A stretch of DNA of 35,236 nt from Streptosporangiaceae bacterium (GTDB lineage: Bacteria > Actinomycetota > Actinomycetes > Streptosporangiales > Streptosporangiaceae), in contig JBOHCP010000001.1 of the NCBI GenBank assembly GCA_050698875.1, forward strand, positions 1 to 35,236, written 5' to 3'. Both the position numbers and the translations under genes were made by a program. Below, piece by piece: positions 1-10,239 of this stretch; within the stretch, counting starts at the first letter, position 1, and every line of letters starts with the position of its first letter. Below the pieces are notes generated by a model that was not told the DNA's origin, ran no database searches, and saw only the letters and a list, made by a program, of their open reading frames with translations.

Positions 1-957
1 GACGTGCACTCGGGCGTGACGACGGTCTCCGACTGCGGGTCGGTCGGCGTGGCCAACCTCGGCGTCTTCCCGGCCTACATCGTGCCGAACGCCAAGACCA
101 GGGTGATCACCATGGTCAACGTCGGCAGCTACGCGCACACCATGCCAGGCCCGGCGGACGTGAACTCGCTCGACGACATCAACCGGGACGCCCTGGCGAA
201 GGCCGCCGAGCACAACCCTGGCCTCATCGCCGGGGTCAAGCTGCGGATCGTCGGCCCGGCCTTCGGCGAGATCGGCGAGGACATCATCACCAAGGCCAAG
301 GCGGCGGCCAGGGACCTCGGCGTCCCGCTGATGGTGCACATCGGGGACTTCACCGCCAAGGACGCGGCGTCGGCAACGCGGCGCGGGGAGCTGACCCGCT
401 TCCTGCTCAAGACGTTCGAGCCGGGCGACATCCTCACTCATCTGTGCACCCCGAACGCCGGCCGTGTCCTCGACCCGGCGGGCCGGCCCTACCCGGAGGT
501 CGCCGAGGCGCGCGCCAACGGGGTCGTCCTGGACTCCGCGCTCGGCCGCGGCAACTTCGGCATCGAGGTGGCCAGGCGGCAGGCCGACGTCGGGCTGTAT
601 CCGGACACCATCAGCAGCGACCTGACCGCACTGGGCCAGACGTTCCACAGCCTGCTGGAGTGCATGGCCAAGTTCATGTCGGTCGGCTACAGCCTGGCCG
701 ACGTGGTCAGGGCCACCACATCCAGCGCGGCCGCGGCCCTCGGCCTCGGCGATACGATCGGCGCGCTCGCGGTCGGCCGCGACGCGGACATCACCCTCCT
801 GGACGTGGCCGAGGGTGACTTCGTCTTCACCGACACCACCGGCCTCCAGTTCCGCGGCGGTTACGGGCTGGCGCCGGTCTACACGCTCAAGGCAGGCGAA
901 GAGTTCTCACCAGGGTGGGGCACGCACCCCTGGGGCTGGCTGCCTGCCTCGGCCTGA
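1..957 (+). CDS. amidohydrolase-superfamily metallohydrolase (dihydroorotase/deacetylase-like), 5'-truncated by the window edge
   Basis: The reading frame is open from base 1 (same frame as track ORF 4..957), with the stop at 955-957. Third positions are G/C-saturated. Amidohydrolase-like segments are present (..PLMVHIGD.., ..VGRDADITLLD..). Confidence 0.7.
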   Translation, partial: DVHSGVTTVSDCGSVGVANLGVFPAYIVPNAKTRVITMVNVGSYAHTMPGPADVNSLDDINRDALAKAAEHNPGLIAGVKLRIVGPAFGEIGEDIITKAKAAARDLGVPLMVHIGDFTAKDAASATRRGELTRFLLKTFEPGDILTHLCTPNAGRVLDPAGRPYPEVAEARANGVVLDSALGRGNFGIEVARRQADVGLYPDTISSDLTALGQTFHSLLECMAKFMSVGYSLADVVRATTSSAAAALGLGDTIGALAVGRDADITLLDVAEGDFVFTDTTGLQFRGGYGLAPVYTLKAGEEFSPGWGTHPWGWLPASA

Positions 958-1225
958 GCTGTCAGCACCGGCCTCGCGCCGCGGCTGCGAGCCCGGTTTG
1001 GGCGGACTCGTCGCTTAGATGCGCCGAGCGCAGGCTCCCTTTCGTCACGCGAAATTATGTCAGCCGCGGCATTGCGCTCGCGATGAGGCGTATGCCAACG
1101 TCGGCATGACACCGCGCGAGATAACCGGCAGCCGGCCTGCGGCGCCGGGTGAACTGCGGGCGACCCTGAGGGTCATGACGATGCGAGCCGGCGGCTGAGC
1201 CGTGGCCGCAGAAAGGTAAGGCCTG

Positions 1226-3553
1226 ATGAGCATCCTGGGCACCCGGGTAGTGCGGACTGAGGATCCGCGGTTGCTCACCGTCGGCGGGACCTACGTCGAT
1301 GACGTGCGGGCTCCGGAGCTGGCACAGGTGGCCCGGGTCACGTTCGTACGCAGCCCGATCGCGCACGCGCAGATCACCGGCATCGATACCGCGGCGGCGC
1401 TCGAGGCGCCAGGGGTGATCGCGGTGCTGACCGTGGCCGACATGGACGACCTGCCGCCGCCACCGCCGCTACCGGAGGGCGAGCCCGCCCCAGGCAGCGA
1501 GGCCGCCCCGCTGCCGATGGGCGGCCATTGGGCCGAGCCATTGCTGGCCGTCGACCGGGTTCGCTTCGTCGGCGAGCCGGTGGCGATGGTCATTACCGAC
1601 GACACCTACCAGGGCGAGGATGCCGCCGAACTGGTCAGCGTCGACTACGAGCCGCTGCCCGCCGTGGTGGGTTTCGACGCCGCGCTGGCCGGCGGCACGC
1701 TGTTGTTCCCGCCGGCTGGCAGCAACGTCGCGGTCACGGCCGGCGGGCCGGCCGACGGGGCCTGTTTCGACGGCTGTGACGTCGTGGTCGAGCGCACCAT
1801 CCTGAACCAGCGCCTGGCGCCGGTGTCGATGGAAGGCCGCGCCACCGCGGCCAGCTGGGCCGACGGCAAGCTCACGGTCTGGGCCAGCACGCAGAACGCC
1901 CAGATCGGCAGGTTCATCCTGGCCGGGGCGCTCGGGCTCGACCCGGCTGCCATCAGGGTCGTGGCGCCCGACGTCGGCGGCGGCTTCGGCGCCAAGATCG
2001 GCGTGGACCGGGACGGGCTGCTGGTCGCCTGGGCCGCCAAGCACACCGGGCGTGCGCTGCGCTGGGTCGAGACCCGCAGCGAGAACCTGCTCGGCATGAC
2101 GCACGGCCGGGCTCAGCGGCACCACATCAAGATCGGCGGGACCAGGGACGGCCGCATCCTGGCGTACCGCATCGAGGTCCTGCAGGACACCGGCGCGTAC
2201 CCGCGGATGAGCGGCTTCCTGCCGTTCCTGACCTGCCTGATGGCGTCAGGCCCGTACGACATCGCCCACGTGGAGACCGCGAACCGCGTGGTGGTGACGA
2301 ACACGACGCCGGTCGGAGCCTACCGGGGAGCCGGGCGGCCAGAGGCGACGGCGGCGGTCGAGCGCGCTGTCGATCTGTTCGCCGCCGAGATCGGCATGGA
2401 CCCGGCGGAGGTACGCCGGATCAACCTGGTGCCGCCCGACAAGTTCCCGTACAGCTCGGGCGGGGGCGCCGTCTACGACAACGGCGAGTACGTGAAGGTG
2501 CTGGACACGGTGCTGGCCGCCGCCGGCTACGCGGATCTGCGGGCCGAGCAGGCACGGCGCCGGGCGCGCAAGGATACTCTGCAGCTCGGCATCGGCGTGG
2601 CCAGCTACGTCGAGATCACCGCTGCCGACGCGGCGGGCGGCGAGACGGCCAGGCTCGTGGTGCACGACGACGGCACCGCGACGGTCTACACCGGCAGTTC
2701 TGCGCACGGCCAGGGCCACCACACCGCGTGGGCGATGCTGGTCGAGGGTGAGCTCGGCATCCCGATGGACAAGGTCACGGTGGTGCACGGGGACACCGAT
2801 CTGGTCCCGCTCGGCACTGGCACCTACGCGTCCCGGTCGCTCCAGCTCGGCGGCACTGCGGTGCACATGGCTGCCGTCGATGTCAGGGAGCAGGCCCGCA
2901 GCGTCGCGGCCGGGCTGCTGGAGGCCAGCGAGGCGGACCTGGAGCTGGACACCGAGCGCGGCGCCTGGCAGGTCCGCGGTGACCCGGCGTCGAGCCGCAG
3001 CTGGGCCGAGGTCGCGGCGCACGCCGGTCCCGACGGGCTGGCTGCCGACGCCAATTTCCAGAGCCAGCCCACCTTCCCGTTCGGCACCCACCTGGCAGTT
3101 GTCGACGTCGACGTCGAGACCGGCAAGGTCCGGCTGATCCGGCACGTGACCGCGGACGACGCGGGGACCGTGCTCAATCCGCTGCTCGCCGAGGGGCAGC
3201 GGCATGGCGGCATCGCGCAGGGCGCGGCTCAGGCGCTGCTCGAGGAGATGGTCTACGACCCCGATGGCAACCCGGTCACCGGGACGCTGGTGGACTACGC
3301 CGTGATCACCGCTGCCGAGCTACCCAGTTTCGAGCTACTGGCGAGCGAGACACCCGCCACCACCAACCCGCTCGGCGCCAAGGGCATCGGCGAGGCCGGC
3401 ACCATCGGCGCGACGCCCGCCGTACAGAACGCCGTCGTGGACGCCGTCAGCCATCTCGGCATCAGGCACATCGACATGCCAGCCACTCCGGCGAGGGTCT
3501 GGGCCGCCATCGACGAGGTAACAGCAAGGACCGCAACCCGGGAGGGCCAGTGA
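1226..3553 (+). CDS. molybdopterin-binding large subunit of a xanthine dehydrogenase/CoxL-family hydroxylase (form-II CoxL type)
   Basis: 775-aa ORF with an ATG preceded by aaaggtaagg. It contains [11 protein letters not shown], the AYRGAGR signature used to separate form-II CoxL-like proteins from true CO dehydrogenases (AYRCSFR). Its stop overlaps the next start (GTGA at 3550-3553). Confidence 0.9.
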   Translation: MSILGTRVVRTEDPRLLTVGGTYVDDVRAPELAQVARVTFVRSPIAHAQITGIDTAAALEAPGVIAVLTVADMDDLPPPPPLPEGEPAPGSEAAPLPMGGHWAEPLLAVDRVRFVGEPVAMVITDDTYQGEDAAELVSVDYEPLPAVVGFDAALAGGTLLFPPAGSNVAVTAGGPADGACFDGCDVVVERTILNQRLAPVSMEGRATAASWADGKLTVWASTQNAQIGRFILAGALGLDPAAIRVVAPDVGGGFGAKIGVDRDGLLVAWAAKHTGRALRWVETRSENLLGMTHGRAQRHHIKIGGTRDGRILAYRIEVLQDTGAYPRMSGFLPFLTCLMASGPYDIAHVETANRVVVTNTTPVGAYRGAGRPEATAAVERAVDLFAAEIGMDPAEVRRINLVPPDKFPYSSGGGAVYDNGEYVKVLDTVLAAAGYADLRAEQARRRARKDTLQLGIGVASYVEITAADAAGGETARLVVHDDGTATVYTGSSAHGQGHHTAWAMLVEGELGIPMDKVTVVHGDTDLVPLGTGTYASRSLQLGGTAVHMAAVDVREQARSVAAGLLEASEADLELDTERGAWQVRGDPASSRSWAEVAAHAGPDGLAADANFQSQPTFPFGTHLAVVDVDVETGKVRLIRHVTADDAGTVLNPLLAEGQRHGGIAQGAAQALLEEMVYDPDGNPVTGTLVDYAVITAAELPSFELLASETPATTNPLGAKGIGEAGTIGATPAVQNAVVDAVSHLGIRHIDMPATPARVWAAIDEVTARTATREGQ

Positions 3554-4020
3554 AGGTCACCGTGACCGTTAACGGCAGCCAGGTCGCCGCCGAGGTACCA
3601 GATCGCACGCTGCTGGTGCATTTCCTGCGCGACGTGGCCGGCCTGACCGCTACCAATATCGGCTGCGACACCAGTTCGTGCGGCGCCTGCACGGTCCTGC
3701 TCGACGGCCGCTCGGTGAAGTCCTGCACGCTGCTCGCCGCGCAGGCAGACGGCCGCTCCGTGATGACGCTCGAAGGCCTGGCCAATGGGGACGGCGAGCT
3801 CCACGCCGTACAGCGCGCGTTCCGTGCCGAGCACGGGCTGCAGTGCGGCTTCTGTACGCCCGGCATGGTGCTGGCCGCCGTCTCCCTGCTGGCGGAGAAC
3901 CCGGACCCCAGCGAGGCCGAGGTACGGACCGCGCTTGAGGGCAACCTGTGCCGGTGCACCGGCTATCACAACATCGTCCGCGCCGTCCTTGCAGCGGCTG
4001 GCGAAAGGGGGGCTCGTTGA
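3550..4020 (+). CDS. [2Fe-2S]-binding small subunit (CoxS-like)
   Basis: 156 aa. Two cluster motifs are present: [11 protein letters not shown] and GFCTPGM...CRCTGYHNI. The gene is translationally coupled on both sides. Confidence 0.92.
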   Translation: MKVTVTVNGSQVAAEVPDRTLLVHFLRDVAGLTATNIGCDTSSCGACTVLLDGRSVKSCTLLAAQADGRSVMTLEGLANGDGELHAVQRAFRAEHGLQCGFCTPGMVLAAVSLLAENPDPSEAEVRTALEGNLCRCTGYHNIVRAVLAAAGERGAR

Positions 4021-4835
4021 TCCCGGCGCCCTTTACCTACAAGCGAGCCTGGTCCGTCGACGAGGCGGTGGATCTGGTGGCGAGCGACGGCGAGGACGCC
4101 AAGTTCCTGGCCGGCGGGCACTCGCTGCTGCCACTCATGAAGCTACGCCTTGCCGTGCCGCTGATACTGGTGGACGTCGGCCGGCTCGCCGAGCTCAGCT
4201 ATATCAGGGACGAGGGCGACCACATTGCCGTGGGCGCGACGACGACGCACGGTCAGCTGGCCGCCTCGAGCCTGCTCCAGGCGGACCTGCCGCTGCTGGC
4301 CCACGCCGCCGGACAGGTTGGCGATCCGCAGGTCAGGCACTGCGGCACGATAGGCGGCTCGCTGGCGCACGCCGATCCGGCCGCCGACCTGCCTGCCGTC
4401 GCGCTGGCGCTGGACGCCTCGCTGTTGGCCAGGGGGCCAGCGGGCAGTCGCGAGATCGCGGCAGCGAACTTCTTCCGCGGCCTGTTCGAGACGGCCCTGG
4501 AACCCGGCGAGCTGCTGACCGAGATCCGGTTCAGCAAGCCCAGCGAGCCGGGCTGGGCGTTCCAGAAGTTCACCAAGCGGGCCATCGACTGGGCGATTGT
4601 CGGCGTGGCCGTCCAGGGCGGCCGGGTGGCGCTGGTGAACATGGCACAGACGCCGGTGCGAGCCGACGCCGTCGAGTCGGCGCTGGCCGGGGGTGCCTCG
4701 CCAGCCGAGGCCGCGGCGCACGCCGCCGAGGGCACGAGCCCGTCAGAGGACCTGAATGCCACCCGTGCCTACCGCGAGCACCTCGCGCGGGTGCTGGTAC
4801 GACGGGCTCTTGTGGACGTGCAGGCAGCAGGCTGA
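4017..4835 (+). CDS. FAD-binding medium subunit (CoxM-like)
   Basis: TTG at 4017 overlaps the CoxS stop (TTGA). The N-terminus (M)[17 protein letters not shown] and the [15 protein letters not shown] motif are typical of the family. The track ORF start at 3948 lies inside CoxS, so I consider it an over-extension. Confidence 0.85.
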   Translation: MIPAPFTYKRAWSVDEAVDLVASDGEDAKFLAGGHSLLPLMKLRLAVPLILVDVGRLAELSYIRDEGDHIAVGATTTHGQLAASSLLQADLPLLAHAAGQVGDPQVRHCGTIGGSLAHADPAADLPAVALALDASLLARGPAGSREIAAANFFRGLFETALEPGELLTEIRFSKPSEPGWAFQKFTKRAIDWAIVGVAVQGGRVALVNMAQTPVRADAVESALAGGASPAEAAAHAAEGTSPSEDLNATRAYREHLARVLVRRALVDVQAAG

Positions 4836-4857
4836 CCCGGCCCAGCCGAGAGTGAAG

Positions 4858-4896
4858 GCGCCGCTGCCGTCCCTGGAGGACGGCAGCGGCGCTTTT
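4858..4896 (+). terminator. intrinsic terminator hairpin between convergent genes
   Basis: A perfect 15-bp stem (gcgccgctgccgtcc / ggacggcagcggcgc, 4858-4872 and 4878-4892) with a 5-nt loop (ctgga), followed by TTTT at 4893-4896. It lies 23 nt after the CoxM stop and 42 nt before the convergent ADH stop. Confidence 0.8.
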
Positions 4897-4937
4897 CGGT
4901 GGCGGGTGGCTGGCCTGGCCCGGTGCTGGGCGGACGT

Positions 4938-6050
4938 TCAGTGCTCGTGGATCAGGACACCGCGCACGTTCTTGCCGTCAAGCAGGTCCTGGTAGCCCTG
5001 GTTGACGTCCTCGAGCCGGTACGTGCTGGTCACCAGTTCGTCCAGCTTGAGCCGGCCGGACCGGTAGAGCTCGAGCATCCGCGGGATCTCGTCGAACGGG
5101 TTGCCGCCGCCGAACAGCGCGCCCTTGATCTCCTTCTCGAACAGGGTGAGCGCGAAGCTGGGCAGCTTGATGTTGATCTTGTCGGGGCCCGCGAGACCGG
5201 TCACGACGACGCTGCCGTGCTTACGCACGGCGTTGAACGCGGCCCCGATGACTTCCTCGGTCACCACGCCGACGGTGACCAGCGCGTGATCGGCGCCCAC
5301 ACCGCGGCTCAGCTCGGTGACCAGCTCCTGTGCCTCCTCGGCGCTGGCCGCGGTGTGCGTGGCTCCGAGTCGCTCGGCAATCTCACGCTTGTTGGGCAGC
5401 GGGTCTACGGCGATCACGTGCTGCGCGCCCGCGAACGCGGCGCCCTGCACGGCGTTGATGCCCACCCCGCCGATCCCGTAGATGACGACCGTGTCACCGG
5501 CGCGGACGCCACCAGAGTTCACCGCGGTGCCCCAGCCGGTCGGCACGCCACAGCCGACGAGCGCCGCGACTGTCAGCGGGACGTCGTCGTCGATCTTGAT
5601 GCACGAGTGCACCGACACGGTCGCGTACTCCGAGAAGGTACCGACAAGGCACATCTGGCCGAAGTCCTCGCCACCGGCGTGCAGCCGGAACGAGCCGTCG
5701 GGCAGGCAGTTGTCGACGAGCAGCGCGCCGAGGTCGCACAGGTTGGACTGACCGCGCGAGCAGAACCGGCAGCGACCGCACACGGGCAGGAACGAGCAGA
5801 CCACGTGGTCGCCCGGCTTGAGCCCGGCCACGCCCGCGCCGACCTGCTCGACGACCCCCGCGCCCTCGTGGCCGCCGACGATCGGATACCGGACGGGAAT
5901 GTCCCCGGTCCGCACGTGGTCGTCGGAGTGGCACAGGCCCGACGCAACGTACCGGATCAGAACCTCGCCGGCCTTGGGCGGGTCGAGTTCCAGCTCGACG
6001 ATCTCCCAGTCCCGGCCGACGCCTCGCAGTATCGCTGCCCTTGTCTTCAC
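4938..6050 (-). CDS. zinc-dependent alcohol dehydrogenase, NDMA-dependent/MDO-like subgroup
   Basis: 370 aa. Motifs: GLCHSDDH, GGHEGAGVVEQVG, the structural-Zn motif CGRCRFCSRGQSNLC, and the Rossmann motif GIGGVGINAVQGA. The RBS gggagag lies upstream of the ATG at 6050. Confidence 0.9.
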   Translation of the reverse strand: MKTRAAILRGVGRDWEIVELELDPPKAGEVLIRYVASGLCHSDDHVRTGDIPVRYPIVGGHEGAGVVEQVGAGVAGLKPGDHVVCSFLPVCGRCRFCSRGQSNLCDLGALLVDNCLPDGSFRLHAGGEDFGQMCLVGTFSEYATVSVHSCIKIDDDVPLTVAALVGCGVPTGWGTAVNSGGVRAGDTVVIYGIGGVGINAVQGAAFAGAQHVIAVDPLPNKREIAERLGATHTAASAEEAQELVTELSRGVGADHALVTVGVVTEEVIGAAFNAVRKHGSVVVTGLAGPDKINIKLPSFALTLFEKEIKGALFGGGNPFDEIPRMLELYRSGRLKLDELVTSTYRLEDVNQGYQDLLDGKNVRGVLIHEH

Positions 6051-6455
6051 ATTGCTCTCCCGGCGGTCCTGCTCACGCTGACGGACTTCTCGACGGCCAC
6101 TTTGAGCGGCCTCGATACGATTGTCAATGTGACTGCGGCCAAGAACGCTGGACGACTACTGTGCCTGGCACCATGCGCCGTTCCGGCGGCTGAGTGCGGG
6201 GTCCGGCCGGTCGGCCGACCGCGAGATCTGCGACCCTGAGGGGGACGCGGTACTGTCTGCGCATCAGCGTGCATTGACTGCGACCCGGGGGCGCTGTGCC
6301 AGTATCGTCAGGTAGTCCTGGCCGCGGTTTCGCGGGGCCTGCAGGACCGAGCGGACAGCGGTAAGCTCTACAAATCGCCCGACACGGATAATTCACGTAG
6401 TATACCCAGGATTGGGGCCAGGGGGCACTCGATGTGGGATCGGGAGCAAGAGCCG

Positions 6456-7484
6456 ATGGATGCTGCGAAGTACTCCGTCGTCATCCCCGTCTACAACGAG
6501 CAGGAGTCGCTGCCCGCCCTGTTCAGCCGCCTGCGCGCGGTCATGGGCCAGCTGGATGGCCCCGCCGAGGTCGTGCTGGTGGACGACGGCAGCCGGGATG
6601 CCAGCTACCGCCTGATGGCCGAGGCCAACAGGCAGGATCCGCGATTCAAGGTCGTCCAGCTGTCCCGGAACTTCGGCCACCAGATCGCCATCACCGCGGG
6701 CATGGACGTGGCCGCCGGCCAGGCCGTCGTGATCATGGACGCCGACCTGCAGGACCCGCCAGAGCTCATTCCTGAGCTGGTGGCCCGCTGGCAGGAGGGC
6801 TACGAGGTCGTTTACGCCATCCGGGAGCAGCGCGAAGGCGAGACGATCTTCAAGCGCAAGACCGCCAGCATGTTCTATGGGCTGCAACGTCGGCTGGCCG
6901 AGACAGACCAGCCGGTGGAGGTGGGCGACTTCCGGCTTGTTGACCGTCGTGCCCTGGATGCGTTCCTGCAGATGCGCGAGCGGAACAGGTACGTCCGCGG
7001 AATGTTTTCCTGGATTGGTTTCCGCCAGACTGCCGTACCGTACACGAGGGCGTCGCGCGAGGCCGGGCGGAGCAAGTACCCGCTGCGAAAGATGGTGCGG
7101 CTGGCGCTCGACGGCTTTATCGGATTCTCCACCGCGCCACTGCGATTCGCGCTGACCATCGGCCTGCTCATTTCGGTGGGCGCAGTTCTCTACGGCATCA
7201 CGCTGATCGCGATGAAGCTGGCGGGCGCGGGCTCCTATGTGCCTGGTTATGCTTCGTTGCTGGTGACGATCACCTTTCTTAGCGGCGTCCAGCTGATTGT
7301 GATTGGCATGGTTGGCCAGTACGTGGCCCGTATTTACGACGAGGCGAGGGCGCGCCCGCTCTACCTCGTCCGGGATGCGCGCGGTTTCGCCCGCGGTAGC
7401 CAGGCCGATGACACGCTGTGGCCGGCCGCCAGCCGGGACTCGCTGATCCGCGGCCAGCGCGTGCCGCCGTTGCCGCCGTCATGA
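6456..7484 (+). CDS. GT2-family polyprenyl-phosphate glycosyltransferase (GtrB/ArnC/DPM1-like)
   Basis: Motifs KYSVVIPVYNEQES, VLVDDGSRD and IMDADLQDPPE, with two C-terminal TM helices. An alternative in-frame ATG lies at 6432. The stop overlaps the next start (ATGA at 7481-7484). Confidence 0.88.
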   Translation: MDAAKYSVVIPVYNEQESLPALFSRLRAVMGQLDGPAEVVLVDDGSRDASYRLMAEANRQDPRFKVVQLSRNFGHQIAITAGMDVAAGQAVVIMDADLQDPPELIPELVARWQEGYEVVYAIREQREGETIFKRKTASMFYGLQRRLAETDQPVEVGDFRLVDRRALDAFLQMRERNRYVRGMFSWIGFRQTAVPYTRASREAGRSKYPLRKMVRLALDGFIGFSTAPLRFALTIGLLISVGAVLYGITLIAMKLAGAGSYVPGYASLLVTITFLSGVQLIVIGMVGQYVARIYDEARARPLYLVRDARGFARGSQADDTLWPAASRDSLIRGQRVPPLPPS

Positions 7485-9310
7485 AGGCACCGCTGAGCCG
7501 GCCTGGCCAGGGATCCGCGGCAGTCGCGGGCTCCGCGGTGGCGGACCACGCCGAGCCGGCCGCCGCCCCGCTGCCTGCGCCGCCGCCCTGGTACTCCCGG
7601 CCCGCGACGCAGGGCCTTTTCGCGCTCCTGCTGTACGCCGCCGCCTGGCTCACCACCGTCGGCCGGCACACGCTGCACCACGTCGGTGACGCGCATCTCG
7701 ATCAGCGGAGCATGGACCCGAACTTCTACACCTGGTCCCTGCAGTGGTGGCCCTACGCCATCGGGCACGCAGTGAACCCGTTCTATTCCCACCTGGTCTG
7801 GGCCCCGCACGGCCATTCGCTGGCGTGGGTGACCACGGTTCCGCCGATCGCCCTGCTGGCCGCGCCGCTGACCCTCACGGCCGGTCCGATCGTGGCGTTC
7901 AACCTGCTCGCCACGCTGGCGCTGCCGCTGTCCGCGTGGGCGGCGTTTGTCCTGTGCCGTCGGCTGACCCGGAAGTTCTGGCCTGCCCTGGTGGGCGGCG
8001 CCGTTTTCGGCTTCTCCGCCTATGAGATGAACCACCTCGCGGCCGGGCAGCTCAACCTGACCTACAGCCTGCTGATCCCGTTGCTCGCTTATCTCGTCGT
8101 GCTCTGGCGCGAGAACGCCATCAGTTCGCGCATGTTCGTGATCGTCGCCGGCATAACGATGGCGGTGCAGTTCTACTTGTTCCTGGAGACCTTTGCCGAT
8201 CTCACCGCCGTCCTGGTCCTCGCGCTGGTGGTCGGCCTCCTCGTGGCGGGGAGAGCGCACCGGGCGGAGGTGCTGCGCCTCGCCAGGTCGCTGACCTATG
8301 CCTACGGGGTGGCCTTCCTGCTCGCGCTGCCCTATCTGGCCTACGCGCTGACCAGCAGGACGCCTGCGCTGAAGGCCGACACCAGCCTTGACCTGCTCAG
8401 CCTCGTCGTGCCGAGGCCAGATCGCATCACCGGGGCGTCCTGGCTGCACGATCTGGCCAAGGCACCGGTCGAGGTGTCCTTGGCCGGCTACGTGGGCCTC
8501 CCGCTGCTCGCGCTCGCGGTACTGCTGCTCGTGACGGGCTGGTCCAGGCGGCTTGTCCGGTTCCTGGCGTGCATGCTGGTGGTCATCATCGTGGCGTCGC
8601 TGGGGCCGGCGCTGAACTTCGACGGCGGCCGGGTCGTCACGCTGCCCTGGTTCTGGCTCTGGCGCTTGCCGATCGTGCGCAACGCCTATCCCTCGCGGCT
8701 GATGCTGTTCGCGTTCCTGGCGCTGGCCGTGATGACGGCGCTGTGGCTAGCCAGCACCTCGAGCAGATTGTGGCTCAGGGTGCCAGTCGCGGCGCTGATC
8801 GTCGTGGCGCTCTACCAGGACGCGGCCATCATCAACGTGGCGCATCACAGCACGGTGCCGGCCTTCATCGCCAAGGGCACCTACCGGCATCAGCTGTCGC
8901 CAGGCGAGACCGTGGTGGTGGTGTCCAGCATTGGCAACGCCGGCATGCTGTGGCAGGCCGACACCGGCTTCTACCTGGGGCTGGCCGGCGGCTACCTCAA
9001 TCAGTCCATCACCCGGCGTTCTGATCTGCCCCGGCCGGTGCAGCGGCTCGCCCACGCCACACCGGCCAACGTGCGGAGCTTCGAGGCCTACGTCAGGAAG
9101 GACAGGATCGGCGCGATCTTGCTCGATCGTAACCACGAGCCGAAGTGGGTGGGGATCTTCTGGCGGATGGGCCTCAAGGGGCATGACACCGGCAACGTCG
9201 TGGTCTATCCGCTCAACGGCTGCCGGTCCTGCCGCCGCCTCGGCTGGTCGCAGATCGAGCATGGCGGCAGCCAGACGGCCCTGGGTTCGGCGACCTCACC
9301 GCCGACGTAG
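7481..9310 (+). CDS. large polytopic membrane protein with a C-terminal soluble domain, probable GT-C-fold glycosyltransferase
   Basis: The ATG at 7481 overlaps the GT2 stop. By eye there are at least 11 hydrophobic helices, followed by about 170 non-hydrophobic residues. The function is inferred only from the architecture and the coupling to a GT2 lipid-sugar synthase. Confidence 0.6.
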   Translation: MKAPLSRPGQGSAAVAGSAVADHAEPAAAPLPAPPPWYSRPATQGLFALLLYAAAWLTTVGRHTLHHVGDAHLDQRSMDPNFYTWSLQWWPYAIGHAVNPFYSHLVWAPHGHSLAWVTTVPPIALLAAPLTLTAGPIVAFNLLATLALPLSAWAAFVLCRRLTRKFWPALVGGAVFGFSAYEMNHLAAGQLNLTYSLLIPLLAYLVVLWRENAISSRMFVIVAGITMAVQFYLFLETFADLTAVLVLALVVGLLVAGRAHRAEVLRLARSLTYAYGVAFLLALPYLAYALTSRTPALKADTSLDLLSLVVPRPDRITGASWLHDLAKAPVEVSLAGYVGLPLLALAVLLLVTGWSRRLVRFLACMLVVIIVASLGPALNFDGGRVVTLPWFWLWRLPIVRNAYPSRLMLFAFLALAVMTALWLASTSSRLWLRVPVAALIVVALYQDAAIINVAHHSTVPAFIAKGTYRHQLSPGETVVVVSSIGNAGMLWQADTGFYLGLAGGYLNQSITRRSDLPRPVQRLAHATPANVRSFEAYVRKDRIGAILLDRNHEPKWVGIFWRMGLKGHDTGNVVVYPLNGCRSCRRLGWSQIEHGGSQTALGSATSPPT

Positions 9311-9436
9311 ACCCGCCCGGCGAGCTGCAGGACGCGGCCGGCTCCTCGCGGGTCAGGCCGGATATCGAATCGTCCGCAGGTCGTCCAGCACGACGAGCCG
9401 CGCGCCGATCGCCTTGAGGGACGCGCTCCGGGCGCC

Positions 9437-9690
9437 AACCGGTGGCCCGCCGTTCACACCCTGGACGCAGCCCGGCTGTTCCGCCTTGCGCTGGAGCCGC
9501 CCCTGCTGGCTCGCGGCTGCACGGCGTGGCCGAGGATGGCGCGCCCTTTCGCGAGTTCGCCGAGACCACCGGCGGCAACCTCGGGCTGCCGACGGCCAGC
9601 ATCGCGCCCGAGGATGCAGCCGCACATCTCGGCTACCTCGGCGCCTTCGTCTCCGCGGACAACCCCACCTCCAGCGCGCTGACCCGTCCC
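9437..9690 (+). pseudogene. remnant of an NAD-dependent epimerase/SDR-family oxidoreductase (C-terminal part only, frameshifted)
   Basis: NRWPAVHTLDAARLFRLALE is read in one frame. APAGSRLHGVAEDGAPFREFAETTGGNLGLPTASIAPEDAAAHLGYLGAFVSADNPTSSALTR continues in another frame, with the shift near 9493. No N-terminal Rossmann part lies upstream, and similarity stops abruptly near 9690. Confidence 0.55.
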
Positions 9691-10239
9691 CGTGCCCGAT
9701 CACCGGGTCACCAGCGTGGCCGGCCAGGCGGTCGCGGACGGCCGCGGCGACGCGGTCTAGCCACTGCGGTTCCTGGCAGGCGTTCAAGTCGGCGTCGCGG
9801 TCTTCAGGCCTGGGCCACAGCCCTGGCTCGGTGTGATCCCAGCCGGCCCACGACGGGGATGGAGCCAGGCTCAGCACCGACGATGGGTCCGGGGCCAGCT
9901 CGACGAGGCGGGCCAGCGCAGCCGCCGACTGCACGGCCAGCTCGCTGTCCGCCGGCGGCTCGCCGACGTCCGGCACGAGCGTTTCGGCAGACGCGGCATA
10001 GCCGTTCAACGGCTGCACGTCCACCAGCGGCTCGGGGCACGGAAAGCCAGCCGTCCACAGTGCCCGGTGCACGACCGCGCAACCGACCAGCCGCGAGCCG
10101 CGGGGCCGCACCTTGACGACCACCTCCCGGCCGTCCCTCAGACGCAGCCCCTGCACCGTGGACAGGTAGCCGGCCTCGAACAGCACCGCTACGGGGGTGC
10201 GCCCAGCCACCGCGTGCACCAGACGCCGAGCACGTCCAT
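9691..10239 (-). pseudogene. remnant of an APH-like phosphotransferase-family gene (N-terminal ~180 codons, frameshifted, 3'-truncated)
   Basis: MDVLGVWCTRWLGA (start ATG at 10239) runs into a stop. The homologous continuation (R)TPVAVLFEAGYLSTVQGLRLRDGREVVVKVRP...VIGHGD is in another frame, with the shift in the G5 run at 10193-10197. After HGD (~9694-9686) the translation becomes Arg-rich nonsense, and it is antisense to the SDR remnant. Confidence 0.55.

Noticed and set aside
1092-1107. An ATGCC-N6-GGCAT inverted repeat, seen again at 10923-10940 (aatgcc-ataaca-ggcatt)
   Set aside because: Five-bp arms recur by chance many times in 35 kb. The two contexts are unrelated and the flanks show no extended similarity.
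958-1225. The 268-bp leader upstream of the CoxL-like gene, considered as a possible riboswitch (e.g. Moco) or sRNA
   Set aside because: I could not recognise any known riboswitch consensus or a convincing conserved fold by eye. It would need a covariance-model (Rfam/Infernal) scan.
6208-6221. A perfect 14-bp GC palindrome, cggtcggccgaccg, in the ADH/GT2 intergenic region
   Set aside because: Short GC-only palindromes are expected frequently in DNA this GC-rich. It has no loop to act as a terminator, and I saw no partner site.
4899-6239. 446-aa ORF on the + strand, antisense to the alcohol dehydrogenase gene
   Set aside because: The translation is Arg/Gly/Ala/Val-rich with no motifs. The opposite strand encodes an unmistakable Zn-ADH. 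This is the typical long shadow ORF of GC-rich DNA.
7361-8449. 362-aa ORF, antisense to the GT-C-like membrane gene
   Set aside because: The composition is Arg/Gly/Pro/Gln-rich junk. The sense strand gives coherent TM helices.
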